64,000 nt of DNA from Patescibacteria group bacterium (GCA_018825365.1 JAHJEV010000003.1:238619-302618), one strand, 5' to 3'; counted from the first letter of the stretch, positions 46,061-57,253 are shown. Numbers and translations are program-made. Notes: generated by a model from the sequence alone, not told the origin.

Positions 46061-47313
46061 TTAATGACTTGGGCATATAGATAAATTATTAAAAGACTCA
46101 GCGTAATTATACATATAATAATATTTACCCAAATAACCTGAAATAAAGATACGTGGTAAATATTTAGCAGAATATACTGCAGAAGCACTCCAGGAAGAAG
46201 CAATAAAGAAACCTTCTTCTTATCGATGGCAAGGAAAAACATCACAAAAAAGCTAATTAAAATATAAAGGCCAATGAATATTGAAAACAGAGGAAGGAAT
46301 TGGATAGAATTCTCAAATGTTTTCCCGAAGAAAAGGTGTGTGAGAAGTTGTGGAAAAATATGATAGCAAATGACTCCTGCGATCACAATAAAAATAAGCA
46401 AGGATGTTAATTTTTTAAATTCTTTAAGATAACCCTCGCCTTTAGCGTACAAACCTGTAATTTTTGGAAACATAATCACACTCACAGCTCCAGACCCAAA
46501 CAAAAATATTTTTCCTAAGGTTGCAGTTCCAGCATAGTATCCAGCGTCCAACCCCGAAAAAAATCTTTTAACCATTATTAGATCCATATTGTTTAAAGCT
46601 ATAAGGAAAAAATTCACAAACAAAACAGGCAGACTAAACGAAATAAGTTTTTTATAGTATTCATTAAGATTGAAACTTTCACTCCCAGTAACTTTGAAAC
46701 TTCCTCTTATTAATAAGAGTGATAGAACGAAAGTCAGAAGAGCTGCACCAACCATTCCTCCGAATACACCGACAAGTCCAAAACCGGCGAAAACTAAAAG
46801 TGTGGGAATAACAAACCTATTAAAAGAGCCCAGTACTTGGTATGCAGAGTACTTTTTAAATTTCTGTAAACCCTGTAAGTAAACTGGTGGAAGTGTTGAA
46901 AGAAAACCCAATCCCAATAAAACCGCGAACAACGTAATCGAAGGGACACTTTCAACCTTAAAACCGCTCGAAATTCTAAACCTTAAAAAGAAAAACACAG
47001 ATGTAAAAACGAATCCTAACAATAAAGAAGCCACGGAAAGCTTGAGGAAAAGTTTTTTCATTTTTCCTTTCTCTCCTCTCACATAAAGCTCTGACACAAT
47101 TTTTATAAGGGATATACCAAAAACAGATATAGGAACACTAACAAGGGAAGAAAGCGACAACAGCACGTTAAAAGACCCATAATCGGACACGGAAAGTTTT
47201 CTACCAAGCACAAACTGCAAAAGATAGCTAAAAAAAGCTCCAATTAGTGTCCCTGCTCCAACAATAATCGTTTGTTGTATATCTGAATTTTTTGTTGTTT
47301 CTTTATTACTCAA
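46030..47313 (-). CDS. Wzx-like oligosaccharide flippase
   Basis: About 12 TM; RKLSVSDYG, LQGLQKF, DLIMVK, AGYY and MFP motifs. Confidence 0.88.
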   Translation of the reverse strand: MSNKETTKNSDIQQTIIVGAGTLIGAFFSYLLQFVLGRKLSVSDYGSFNVLLSLSSLVSVPISVFGISLIKIVSELYVRGEKGKMKKLFLKLSVASLLLGFVFTSVFFFLRFRISSGFKVESVPSITLFAVLLGLGFLSTLPPVYLQGLQKFKKYSAYQVLGSFNRFVIPTLLVFAGFGLVGVFGGMVGAALLTFVLSLLLIRGSFKVTGSESFNLNEYYKKLISFSLPVLFVNFFLIALNNMDLIMVKRFFSGLDAGYYAGTATLGKIFLFGSGAVSVIMFPKITGLYAKGEGYLKEFKKLTSLLIFIVIAGVICYHIFPQLLTHLFFGKTFENSIQFLPLFSIFIGLYILISFFVMFFLAIDKKKVSLLLLPGVLLQYILLNIYHVSLFQVIWVNIIICIITLSLLIIYLYAQVIKCPKILQIKN

Positions 47314-48943
47314 TTAAATTTTTCGCCTCTCTAATGTAAACCTTGTACACAGGAACGCCCCTTAATTTGACATCACCTATATATTTAATCACGTACCTGT
47401 CTTCTAATTTTGAATCATCATCCCAAACAGGATATACAAAATACCTAGTTTTATTGGCAAATGGAGTTAGGTTTCTTATAACTGCCCAAGCTCCAAACTT
47501 TCTGAAAAATGGCCAAACTTGCGAGTAATTTTTCTCTCTAAAACCAACGGTTACAACTTGTAATACTTCCTTCCCATATCCCTTATAAACAAGTTCCTCA
47601 AAAGAAGAGTCGGTTGAGATTATATAGCCATCTCTTTTTTGAACATTCTTAAAATAATCAATTAAAGGGTCAACGCCAATTAACCACTTGGGTTCGAGAA
47701 CATTTATTCCTGTTTTCAAACCCCCAAAAGCTGGGTTGTAATAAGATAAGTAGTCTGGATGAAGATAAATAGCTGTTAATAATACCGGGATTAATGCAAT
47801 AAGAATTTTTATCTTTCCAAATTTTAATTTTTCAAATAACCAAACAAAAAATATTGACGAGGTCAGCATCATAACAAGCTGTTCAGGCAAAATATATCGA
47901 TCAAGCTTTTTTGTAGGCAACGTTAGCTGGATAAAATAAAAAAAGATAAACACCAAAAGGTAATCCAAAAAGTTTTTGTAATAAGTTGGTAATTTTTTTC
48001 TAATAAACAATACACCTATAAAACCTACCAAAAGATAAATTGATGATCTAAATCCAAGAACAACAAAATAAAAGCTCGGTCCTGGATTAGTGACTAGTTT
48101 TCCAAAGTACAGTTGCTCATGATCCCCTTCTATTCCAATATCAACAATTCCTGAGTAAAGTGTTTTAAAAACTTCTCCTGGTTTAACCCAAAGGGCAGGC
48201 CACAAAAGGAAAAAAGTTGCGACAAGTGCAAACAACCATAAAAGGAATGGTCTTACAGATAATTTAACTGCTTTAAAAAAGTGTTTCTCTTCACGGAAAA
48301 AGAATAAAAACGATGCTAAACCAATAAAAGGAAGGAGAAACAAGGCAGAGGTCTTTGTAAGAATGGCAAGTCCAGCAAAGATTCCTGAAATCACTGCTCT
48401 TCTTATCAATTTTTTATCTGCAAGGTAGTAGTAAAACCAAAGAATGCTAACTAACATAAATGTTGATTCCAAGCCTTCCAAGTGGATTACCCGAGTCAGT
48501 GCTAAATAAAATGGCTCAAAATTTAACAAAATAAAGGTAACAATTGCATATTTCAACCCAAACAACTTTCTTAAAACATAAAATGCAAACCCGAATGCTA
48601 CTGCCTGGCCTGAAACAATAAAAATCTTTTGCCAAAGATCAAGTTGAAACACCGTGACCATACTGTTGAGTGCAGGATCCGAGTGATTAACTATATCAGA
48701 ATACAAATTATAAAACTTAATGCCAAAGCCTCCGAGCCACATCAGAGTTACACCCGGATGGTAAGTTTGCAGAGTCTGGTCAAATTTCAGTGTAAAAAAG
48801 CCGTTTCCGAAATCGTAAGTTCTTGCTTTCCACCTCCACACATCGGTGTTAAAACCGTCATTCCCTAAAGCAGGCAACCGGGTGAGTATAAAAAACAAAA
48901 CTACCAATATTTCGTATTTAATATTTTTAAAATTCTTAATCAT
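47306..48943 (-). CDS. GT-C (PMT_2/ArnT-like) glycosyltransferase
   Basis: TRL..NTD..W, YHPGVTLMW, TRVIHLE, LTK and KKLDRYILP motifs. Confidence 0.85.
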   Translation of the reverse strand: MIKNFKNIKYEILVVLFFILTRLPALGNDGFNTDVWRWKARTYDFGNGFFTLKFDQTLQTYHPGVTLMWLGGFGIKFYNLYSDIVNHSDPALNSMVTVFQLDLWQKIFIVSGQAVAFGFAFYVLRKLFGLKYAIVTFILLNFEPFYLALTRVIHLEGLESTFMLVSILWFYYYLADKKLIRRAVISGIFAGLAILTKTSALFLLPFIGLASFLFFFREEKHFFKAVKLSVRPFLLWLFALVATFFLLWPALWVKPGEVFKTLYSGIVDIGIEGDHEQLYFGKLVTNPGPSFYFVVLGFRSSIYLLVGFIGVLFIRKKLPTYYKNFLDYLLVFIFFYFIQLTLPTKKLDRYILPEQLVMMLTSSIFFVWLFEKLKFGKIKILIALIPVLLTAIYLHPDYLSYYNPAFGGLKTGINVLEPKWLIGVDPLIDYFKNVQKRDGYIISTDSSFEELVYKGYGKEVLQVVTVGFREKNYSQVWPFFRKFGAWAVIRNLTPFANKTRYFVYPVWDDDSKLEDRYVIKYIGDVKLRGVPVYKVYIREAKNLIE

Positions 48944-50469
48944 TTTGTATTTAAACTATACACAGAAATTGAGGGACCCAGTCTTAAATTATCGCTAAAG
49001 TATACAATTTTTTTCAATTTTGATTTATTAGAATCCAAAAAATCTTTATCATTTTTCTCATCGGCTAAAATCAGCAGAGAGTTTGGATAATCCTTACTTA
49101 AAGTTATTCCCTTAATTGAATTTATTCCAAGACTTCCAAACACATCCTGCAAAGTTGAGTCGTTGTAAACGATTGTGGACCCAGGTTTGTTGTTTTTTAT
49201 AAGCCATGCTTGTAGTTGGTTTCTGGTATCGCCTCTGATAAACGAATAGGATTGGAGAAGTGAAAACATAAGAGGTGGTAAAAACACTGCGATTAGAAAC
49301 AACATTTTCAAGAACTTACCCGATTTTTCAAATAGAAACGAAAAGTAATCTACAAAATAACCAAAGGTTAAGGCCAAAAATGGATATGCTACGAAATAAT
49401 AGTGCGAACGATTCTTTTCAAATCCTGAAACGTACCATATTAGAAAAAGCGACATTAAATACAAAAACACTAAGTAAAACTCCCGTTGCTCCATTTTTTT
49501 CCTAATAAGTCTATATAAAAGCCATGAGAACAAGACAATAAAGCCAATCATTACTGTGTATCCGGTATCAACTAACAATTTATTAGCTATATCCGAGAAA
49601 AACTTAGTAAAATGTTCAGACAGCTTTACTGAACCAACATTTGTAAACTGCCAAAAAGCTCCTGCTGGACTGTCCGTTTTAGAAAAAGTCTTAAAATCAA
49701 GCACGGAATAAGGCGTACCTACAACAAATCCTACCAGTGCCGCTAAACCGGCTAAAACCAAGGCTTCCAAACCTTTTAAAGTTATCCTTTTAACTGCCCT
49801 ATCCTGTTTTTTCTTCTCAAAAACCCTTAAAAAATGGGCAACGGGAACCATAAGCGCAGAAAGTCCGCCGTTGTACTTTGTTGAAGCCGAAAATCCGACA
49901 AAAAGGCCCGACAAAATATAGTTCTTAATACCGGTTTCTTTAATAATACGGGTCGCAAAGTAAAGTCCCCAAGCAAGGAAAAAAGTCATCGGCACATCAG
50001 GCAAAGAATAGTGCGAGTGCCTTACATGGTAGGGCATAAGTGCAAAAACAAGTGCCGAAAAAAACCCCGCACTTTTCCCAAACAGTTCCTTACCTGATAA
50101 GTAAATGGGTATGACGGTTAAAGCTCCAAGTATGGCGCTGAAACATCTGGTTAAATAGTAAAAAACCAATTTATCATCCCACATTAAAGGAAATATCTTT
50201 ATAAAAAGGTCGCTTAATCCTAAACCCGGAACAAAACTTCTAAACTTCGCAAATACCATATATAAAAAATAATTTAAATAAATATAAAAGTGAGGCCAAT
50301 CAAAATGCTTCGGATTAATTTCAAACCTAATTCCCAGCGCAGATCTTACAATAGTCGGCTCGTCTGGATGAAATATGAAAGGAAATCCATGCTCAATCCC
50401 TGCCAGCCTAACAGCTAAAGCCAACACTATTATTAACAGTAAAATCCAGTTATTTCTTTTTTGTAACAT
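48940..50469 (-). CDS. GT-C (PMT_2-like) glycosyltransferase
   Basis: FHPDE acidic motif, HFDWP, HSHYSLPD and STKYNG. Confidence 0.88.
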   Translation of the reverse strand: MLQKRNNWILLLIIVLALAVRLAGIEHGFPFIFHPDEPTIVRSALGIRFEINPKHFDWPHFYIYLNYFLYMVFAKFRSFVPGLGLSDLFIKIFPLMWDDKLVFYYLTRCFSAILGALTVIPIYLSGKELFGKSAGFFSALVFALMPYHVRHSHYSLPDVPMTFFLAWGLYFATRIIKETGIKNYILSGLFVGFSASTKYNGGLSALMVPVAHFLRVFEKKKQDRAVKRITLKGLEALVLAGLAALVGFVVGTPYSVLDFKTFSKTDSPAGAFWQFTNVGSVKLSEHFTKFFSDIANKLLVDTGYTVMIGFIVLFSWLLYRLIRKKMEQREFYLVFLYLMSLFLIWYVSGFEKNRSHYYFVAYPFLALTFGYFVDYFSFLFEKSGKFLKMLFLIAVFLPPLMFSLLQSYSFIRGDTRNQLQAWLIKNNKPGSTIVYNDSTLQDVFGSLGINSIKGITLSKDYPNSLLILADEKNDKDFLDSNKSKLKKIVYFSDNLRLGPSISVYSLNTK

Positions 50470-52054
50470 ATATTCTCCAGTACTCTAAACCGTTAATTAT
50501 CAAAGAAGAGTCCTTTTCAACATAGTAATTTTTGTCATTTAAAACATTACTCGGCATATCTTCGTTCATCGGAAGCACTAGTAAATCGTAGTTTGAGGGA
50601 CCATAAGTTTTAACATAAAAAATTCTGGAATGGGGATAAATCGCACCCATTGGTTTAACATCGTAAAAACCCAGTTTTGGCTGACCTCCATAGCGTTTCA
50701 ATATAAAATCCCTAAGCTCGTGTATACCGACTCCAAACGCCTTCTGAACCACTATCCGATTCGCGTTCTCAGAACTTCCGACCAATGGACTTGTATATGC
50801 AAAATAGTAGGGGTAGAGCTTGATTAGCGGGTATATCCAAAACACAACTGAAAAAGCACTTATGGATAACCAAAAAAGGATTTTTGTTCTTTTGGTTCTG
50901 CAAAGGGAAAGTATCCTTGAATATCCGATTACCGCAAGAAGGGCCATAAAGGGGTAAATAACTATCATATACCTATCTATCTTCTTTGCAGGATAAATCA
51001 TCGCGGCAACATATCCAAGATTAAAGACCGCTAAATATAAACCAAAATTCAAAAACTTACTTTTTGTATCCTTTAATATCTCCCCGACTTTTTTCAAACT
51101 CGTTATTAACCCTGCGATAAACCCAATTATTAAAAACGGGGATGCCTTGACTAAAATTACCAACGGATAAAACCAAAAACCCGGATCCTTTGTCACCTCC
51201 CCAAGCAAAATCTGACTATGCCCTTTCCTCACACCTACTCGGATCGATTCGCTAAATATAAACGAAAGATAATAAACCGGTTTGACCCAAAGGGCGGGGA
51301 ATAGAAGAAATATGAAAAACACAAAAGAAAGAAAAGTCATCATGCAGTACTTAAATATTCTTCTTGGCTGCTTTGAGAATATGAAATAGCTAATTGCATA
51401 AAATAAAACAAATAAAACTGCGCCTATCGAGACACTTTTTGTAAGAAAAGATAAAGCTAAGAATAAACCAGTCAAAATTTGATAGACTATCTTTTCCTTT
51501 TTTAATCCTAAGAATGCAAAAATCAAAGAAAGTAGTAATAGAAGCGTGGTTAATACATCCAGGTGGTATAAGCGTGAGTTTCCCACAAAGAAAGGTTCGA
51601 AAGTGAAAAATACCACTGTTAAAAATGTTTTATAAAAACCAATAATCTTAGGTAAGATACAAAGTATTAGTATCAAAAGAACAAATTGGACAAGAACAAG
51701 TGAAGTTTTAGCAATCAAATCAAATGTTTCAAAATTGCTGTTGTTATATACAGTATCGTTTGTGATCTGCTTGTAAAGTTCAATCGGAATTCCAGTAACC
51801 CACATCAAAATTACACCCGGATGATAATGCTGGTAAGTTTTATCAAATTGCTGGTATTTTAAACCTACAACAAACTGCTCAGATCTGTAATGCCAATTTA
51901 CAGCATCGGGACTTATCACATCTGTCTTTAAACCCGGCAGTCTAGTTACGAAAAATAGGAGCGAGAATAAAACAATAAGAAAAATTCTAACCTGTTTATT
52001 TCTTTCTGCGCTGAATAGAAATTCAAGTAGTCTACGCGTCTTTTCCAAGAGCAT
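50450..52054 (-). CDS. GT-C (PMT_2/ArnT-like) glycosyltransferase, paralog of 47306-48943
   Basis: TRL..SPD..W, YHPGVILMW, SRLYHLD, LTK and KKIDRY motifs. Confidence 0.85.
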   Translation of the reverse strand: MLLEKTRRLLEFLFSAERNKQVRIFLIVLFSLLFFVTRLPGLKTDVISPDAVNWHYRSEQFVVGLKYQQFDKTYQHYHPGVILMWVTGIPIELYKQITNDTVYNNSNFETFDLIAKTSLVLVQFVLLILILCILPKIIGFYKTFLTVVFFTFEPFFVGNSRLYHLDVLTTLLLLLSLIFAFLGLKKEKIVYQILTGLFLALSFLTKSVSIGAVLFVLFYAISYFIFSKQPRRIFKYCMMTFLSFVFFIFLLFPALWVKPVYYLSFIFSESIRVGVRKGHSQILLGEVTKDPGFWFYPLVILVKASPFLIIGFIAGLITSLKKVGEILKDTKSKFLNFGLYLAVFNLGYVAAMIYPAKKIDRYMIVIYPFMALLAVIGYSRILSLCRTKRTKILFWLSISAFSVVFWIYPLIKLYPYYFAYTSPLVGSSENANRIVVQKAFGVGIHELRDFILKRYGGQPKLGFYDVKPMGAIYPHSRIFYVKTYGPSNYDLLVLPMNEDMPSNVLNDKNYYVEKDSSLIINGLEYWRIYVTKKK

Positions 52055-52946
52055 ATAAAACTCCTCCGATTAAACTTACTCCGATTCTGGATATGTGATA
52101 AATAATTGAAGCACTCAGTGCCGTGGTTACCGGAACCCCCACAATTGCAAATGTACTCATATACAAAGCATCCTGCACTCCAAAACCGTTTAAGGACGGG
52201 ATAAAAAAGCCTACTAGAGTAATTACAGGAAATGCCAAAAAGGCATAAAAAATTGGAATTCTCACCCCAATGGCCATAAATGTGAAGTACTGAACAAAGA
52301 TGGAGAGCACCTGAACGATTATTGAGGTCAGCATCGCAAAGCCCAGAACCTTCGGATAATTCTTATAGATAATAAGGGCGTTATAAACTTTGCCTAAAAA
52401 TTTAATCTTTCCGCTTAAAAGTTTAAGAGAAAAAATTCCAATATAAACACCAAGAATAAACCAAATAAGCAACACTAAAATTCCAAAACCCAAAGTTTTT
52501 GTCATGCTAAGAAGAGCTATCAACGCTAACATAACAATTCCGGTAAATCTCTCTGTAAAAACCGACGAAAAACCTATTCCCGGATCCCCTACTTTTTTAG
52601 CCATATGGTACATCTTGTAAACATCGCCGCCGATACTTGTCGGCATGAAGTTATTAAAAAAAGCTCCGATAAAATAAAGTGACAGAAGATATCTAACAGG
52701 CACGCCCTTTGCTTTTTCATGAACTAGCAAAGACTTCCATCTAAATGAGCTGACAACATAGTGGCCCACTATGAGCAAAAATATTAAGGGTATAAATCTC
52801 CAGTCCAAAAGCTCAAAGTTCTTAATAAACTCGGCCTTATCTACCTTCTTAAGAACAATGTACAAAATAAGCGTAAGACTCACCAACACTTTAATAATCG
52901 TATTTAGCTTTTTGGTTTTCTCTTTTCTCTCAAACTGTGGATCCAT
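52032..52946 (-). CDS. UPF0104 / lysylphosphatidylglycerol-synthase-TM flippase-like protein
   Basis: RW, FFNNFMPTSIGGD, ER and PSLNGFGVQD motifs. Confidence 0.9.
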   Translation of the reverse strand: MDPQFERKEKTKKLNTIIKVLVSLTLILYIVLKKVDKAEFIKNFELLDWRFIPLIFLLIVGHYVVSSFRWKSLLVHEKAKGVPVRYLLSLYFIGAFFNNFMPTSIGGDVYKMYHMAKKVGDPGIGFSSVFTERFTGIVMLALIALLSMTKTLGFGILVLLIWFILGVYIGIFSLKLLSGKIKFLGKVYNALIIYKNYPKVLGFAMLTSIIVQVLSIFVQYFTFMAIGVRIPIFYAFLAFPVITLVGFFIPSLNGFGVQDALYMSTFAIVGVPVTTALSASIIYHISRIGVSLIGGVLYALGKDA

Positions 52947-52949
52947 TTT

Positions 52950-54416
52950 TTACCCTTTTGATAGTAAACTTTTAAATCTTCTAAACCAGGAGACGAAATC
53001 CTTCTTTGATACAAACTCCGCAATAAAAAATGACGATGCTAATAAAAAGGCAAATGGGACAAACATTAGTAACTTAATTTCCAAACTTGGAAAAACACAC
53101 AACACGGATATAGAAAATGCCTGAACCAGTATAGCAGCGTGGTCTATATTAAAAAACATGAACTTCATTCTTTTCCTTACCCAATAAATCATAAATATTA
53201 AGCAGATAAAAGATCCAAAAGTCATTGCCCAAGAAACAGCAGATAAAAGAGGTATAAATTTGTACATTCCTAAAAACGCCAGGACAGAGCCTATAATCAA
53301 AAACAGGTAACTTACTATCATGCTTTTGGCCATCTTTGCCGGAATCATAACGCTAGAACTTATAAGGTTAATAAAGGAATAAAGGATAAATGTGAAAATC
53401 ATCGGCGGGATAAGGGGTAAAGTCGCATTATACTTGTCTCCCCCCACCAATATCTTTATAACAAAAGGCGCGAAATAAGAAGCAAACGCTCCGGAAAATA
53501 CAATCAGGGAAAAGAGTTTATTGAAGTTCTTCTCAAATAAATCCCTAAACTCATTAAGATTTCTAACGTATTTTTCTGAAAAAATCGGGATGTTAACTGT
53601 TGTCACAGAATCCGAAATACTCATTAGCTTTTTGGCGTAAAGCATTGCGAATGCATAAATTGCCACAACTTCGGTTGAATTGAAAAGACCCAAAGCGTTA
53701 CTTCCAAGCTTTTCCCAGTTCGTATAAATTATTTTTATTATATAAATAGCAATGCTGATAGAAAATATGTCCTTAAACAATCTCTTAAAATCCTTCGTTG
53801 TCGGCATTAATAGTTTTCCCTTCAAGGGTTTAAATGCCATAAAGGATAAAACTAGGGAAGAGATAATGTTAAATATCAAAAACGCGTAGAAAAACCCGTT
53901 AACTCTGTAAAGATAAACAAGGGGGATGCTGATCAAAATACTTACAAAAGCTATAGTTACTTGGTAAATAAAAAGTGCTCTGAATCTTTTCGTACCAGAA
54001 ATAACGGAATTTAAAATACCCTGAACTCCCTGAAAAAGTAGCGTAACAGAATAGATCTGAAGGGGAATCACTAACGAAACATTTTTGTACAAAACTGTGG
54101 CAAGGTAATGTGCGGAGAAGAAAAGTCCGATCGCAATTGGTAAAGTCACACAGTACCTAATAACTGATGAGGTTACAAAAATCTTAAAAATATCTTCTTC
54201 GTTTTCCGCTGAGGAAATCTCGCGTGTACTAGCTGAGACTAAACCTAGGTGCTGGTATATTCCTAAAGCTCCCCCAATAGAAATAGCCAGCTGAATTACT
54301 CCCCACTCTCCGAGACTTAGAATTCTTATGATAATAAAGGTTTGGATAATACCAAGCACCATCGCCATTCCCTGGGATAACATACTAATAATTTGCCATT
54401 TTCCAAGATCTTTCAT
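52950..54416 (-). CDS. Wzx-like oligosaccharide flippase
   Basis: About 14 TM; 'RILSLGEWG', 'HLGL..ASTREIS' and 'VAIYAFA' patterns. Confidence 0.82.
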   Translation of the reverse strand: MKDLGKWQIISMLSQGMAMVLGIIQTFIIIRILSLGEWGVIQLAISIGGALGIYQHLGLVSASTREISSAENEEDIFKIFVTSSVIRYCVTLPIAIGLFFSAHYLATVLYKNVSLVIPLQIYSVTLLFQGVQGILNSVISGTKRFRALFIYQVTIAFVSILISIPLVYLYRVNGFFYAFLIFNIISSLVLSFMAFKPLKGKLLMPTTKDFKRLFKDIFSISIAIYIIKIIYTNWEKLGSNALGLFNSTEVVAIYAFAMLYAKKLMSISDSVTTVNIPIFSEKYVRNLNEFRDLFEKNFNKLFSLIVFSGAFASYFAPFVIKILVGGDKYNATLPLIPPMIFTFILYSFINLISSSVMIPAKMAKSMIVSYLFLIIGSVLAFLGMYKFIPLLSAVSWAMTFGSFICLIFMIYWVRKRMKFMFFNIDHAAILVQAFSISVLCVFPSLEIKLLMFVPFAFLLASSFFIAEFVSKKDFVSWFRRFKSLLSKG

Positions 54417-54417
54417 G

Positions 54418-56565
54418 TTAATCTACCTTCAAATCTCCCAAATACATACTCATATATCTTATTCTGTTGGTTAAACTTACAAAAACTTTGTAGTTGCCGG
54501 CCTTTACATAGGAAGGCAAGGCGATATCAATGTTTTCCACGTAATAATACCCTTTTTCCCACTCTTCCGGTCTATAAAATGCAAAGGACGGCAGGTTTGC
54601 AACCTGATACATCTCCCCGGTTTTGCTGTTAACATAACTTGTGTAAAGCATGTATCCATTTAAGCTTCCCAGCTCATTTCTTTGATAAACAATTGTAGCC
54701 TTAGCATCGACTCCCCTTACGACTCTTTCCGGCAAACTATAATCTACAACACTCATGAGTTCAGAAAAAGGATAGTTAAATTTTTCTTTATACATGAATT
54801 TTTCCTGAATTGGATAGATGTCCAAAGCATTAGGATTCGCGACAGCATCTTTTTTAAACAAAAATAAATTTCCACAAGCCATAACAAGTGTGTGATCCCT
54901 ACTTGTTATTAAAAACTTCCCCACCTCACTAACAATATTTGAATCAAGCATCAAAAGAAGGGTAATTTTTCGTGAGAGCACATCTAGTATTACGTAATCG
55001 GCTTCATTCCAAAGAGCGGGGTACAAAGCATAAGTTTCTCTCATAGACAAGTGAGCTCCCAGGTTATCCGGACCGCTTACTGAAACACCGTCAGGTATCT
55101 GAGAGATTATTGCATTTGCACACTTTACATCTCTGACATCGATATCCTTAAGTTTAACGACATCACCTAGCTTCAGATCTGTTCGCTTAATAATATCCGT
55201 ATCGTACTTAGCCTGAACTCTTCTCATGACAGCCTGAGTAAACCATAAATACATGGGGTTGTCGTAATATTTCGATGTAACTAAACAGGAAACCGCAATC
55301 GCTGAGGAAAATAGAATGATAAAAACCCTCTCTGCGTTTTTACTAACGTTCTGATTTTTTATGAGCTGGCTCAAAGATTTTGATATAAAACCCACTGCGT
55401 AAATTGAAGATATTATCAGTATCGGAATTATCATAGAGATTCTGTGGTTTTGTATTTCAGAAGTACCTATTCCCTCTTCTGTTGTAAGGTAATTCATAAG
55501 AAAATCAGGAGCAGATATCAAAAGCATGGATGGGTTCAATAAAGGAGCATACAAAAGAGGCGTGAAAGTCATGCTTAAATTTTCGAGTTTATCGGTCCCG
55601 AAAAACACTCTGATAACTTTTCTGTGGTTCAGAATCATGTTTATAATCACATCCTTATAGGAGCTACCGAAGCCTTCGTATCTTCCCAGAAAATAATTTT
55701 CAAGTGTAACATTGGCACTGCTATTTACATCAACATTCAATGATTTTAAAAATCTGTTGTAACTTTCAGTTCTAAGAGGGGCGTATTTAGGTATTATCAC
55801 AAAAAAGGCCACACAAAACCAAAGAAACCCGGAAATAACCATCCCCAACCCTATCTTTGTGTTAACTTTTAAGATCCATTTTCTAAACCACTCCCTTGTG
55901 AACTTGAAGGAATCTGTAACACCGTTTCTAAAAACCAGAATAAATAACCCCCACATAAATATGTAAAGGGGAACCTGTTCCTTGCCTGACATTGTGATTA
56001 TTAAGAGTATTGATAGAACGATAATTCCTTTGGAGGTAAATCCCTTTTTATACATTTTTTCAAATACATAAAAGGCACCAAGGAAAAAAGGCACCGCTGC
56101 GGTAACCCCATGAAATCCCATTGTGGAATTAATAAAACCAAGAGCCGGATACATTAAATAGGAAACAGCAAAGGCGCACGAAGCCCATCCGGACTTGAGC
56201 TCCATGTTTGCTATCGCATAAACAATAAAGGCGCTAAGAACAACAAGTATAAGCTGGGCGTAAGCTAACGTCATCGGATGTTGGAAAAGGGCAAATACGG
56301 GCGCGAACAGCAAAAGAATTGGGTCTACGTGGCTCATTGACCATCTCGGAACGTTGGATCCAAAGTAGTCAGTCAAATACAAAATTCTCCCGTGCAACGT
56401 ATTCCAAACCATCTGAGTCATGTTCCCCTGGTCAAATTTCCCAAAGTCAAAGTTATTAAATTTAAAAATGTAAAGTCTCAGAGCTATAAAAAGGTATACT
56501 GCCGAAAAACCACCAAGTACAAGTAGATAAATATTATTTTTTATAAAATTCTTTATCTTATTCAT
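54418..56565 (-). CDS. DUF2079 GT-C-like membrane protein with C-terminal soluble domain
   Basis: FDQGNMTQMVWN, HVDPIL, GFH, KE and HLSMRE motifs. Confidence 0.85.
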   Translation of the reverse strand: MNKIKNFIKNNIYLLVLGGFSAVYLFIALRLYIFKFNNFDFGKFDQGNMTQMVWNTLHGRILYLTDYFGSNVPRWSMSHVDPILLLFAPVFALFQHPMTLAYAQLILVVLSAFIVYAIANMELKSGWASCAFAVSYLMYPALGFINSTMGFHGVTAAVPFFLGAFYVFEKMYKKGFTSKGIIVLSILLIITMSGKEQVPLYIFMWGLFILVFRNGVTDSFKFTREWFRKWILKVNTKIGLGMVISGFLWFCVAFFVIIPKYAPLRTESYNRFLKSLNVDVNSSANVTLENYFLGRYEGFGSSYKDVIINMILNHRKVIRVFFGTDKLENLSMTFTPLLYAPLLNPSMLLISAPDFLMNYLTTEEGIGTSEIQNHRISMIIPILIISSIYAVGFISKSLSQLIKNQNVSKNAERVFIILFSSAIAVSCLVTSKYYDNPMYLWFTQAVMRRVQAKYDTDIIKRTDLKLGDVVKLKDIDVRDVKCANAIISQIPDGVSVSGPDNLGAHLSMRETYALYPALWNEADYVILDVLSRKITLLLMLDSNIVSEVGKFLITSRDHTLVMACGNLFLFKKDAVANPNALDIYPIQEKFMYKEKFNYPFSELMSVVDYSLPERVVRGVDAKATIVYQRNELGSLNGYMLYTSYVNSKTGEMYQVANLPSFAFYRPEEWEKGYYYVENIDIALPSYVKAGNYKVFVSLTNRIRYMSMYLGDLKVD

Positions 56566-56566
56566 C

Positions 56567-57253
56567 TCAATTCGTAAATCTAAACTTGATTAACGACCAG
56601 ACGGCTTTAATACCATCTCTCCACGTTATCTTTTTACCCTCACCAAAACTTCTCCCCTTATAATTAATCGGAACTTCTTTAATTCTTAGTCCAGACTTTA
56701 GTATTTTTGCGGTTATCTCAGGCTCAAACTCAAATCCTTCGGATTTAATATTCAGTTTTCTTACAAAATCTCCCGGCATGAGCTTATAACAGGTTTCCAT
56801 ATCGGTCAGTTTTACTCCAAACAAAATATTGGTAGCGAGTGTTAAGATCTTGTTTCCAAAATAATGAAGGGTAGTCATTTTTTCGTAACTTCCAGAGAAT
56901 CTAGACCCATAGACTACATCAGCATTGTTTTCCTCAAGCGTTCTCAAAAGCTTTTTATAATCCTGCGGGTCATATTCAAGATCCGCGTCCTGAACGATCA
57001 CATACTCTCCACTTGTATGCGCAAAACCTACCTTCAAAGTGTCTCCCTTTCCTTTGTTAGCAGTTTTATAAATAACTTTCATATCAGGATATTTCTTTTC
57101 CAGATTCTTTAATATTTCTACTGATCCATCACTTGAAGCATCGTCTACTATAACAATCTCAAGATCGACACCATCAACAGATCTGACCAAATTCACCAAC
57201 TGCTCAATTGTATTTTTTTCATTATATACGGGTATAACAACCGAAAGCTTCAT
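56567..57253 (-). CDS. GT2, polyprenol-phosphate glycosyltransferase (DPM synthase-like)
   Basis: SVVIPVYNE, VDDASSDG, QDADLEYDP, YGSRF, DMETCYK and EGKKITWRDG motifs. Confidence 0.93.
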   Translation of the reverse strand: MKLSVVIPVYNEKNTIEQLVNLVRSVDGVDLEIVIVDDASSDGSVEILKNLEKKYPDMKVIYKTANKGKGDTLKVGFAHTSGEYVIVQDADLEYDPQDYKKLLRTLEENNADVVYGSRFSGSYEKMTTLHYFGNKILTLATNILFGVKLTDMETCYKLMPGDFVRKLNIKSEGFEFEPEITAKILKSGLRIKEVPINYKGRSFGEGKKITWRDGIKAVWSLIKFRFTN

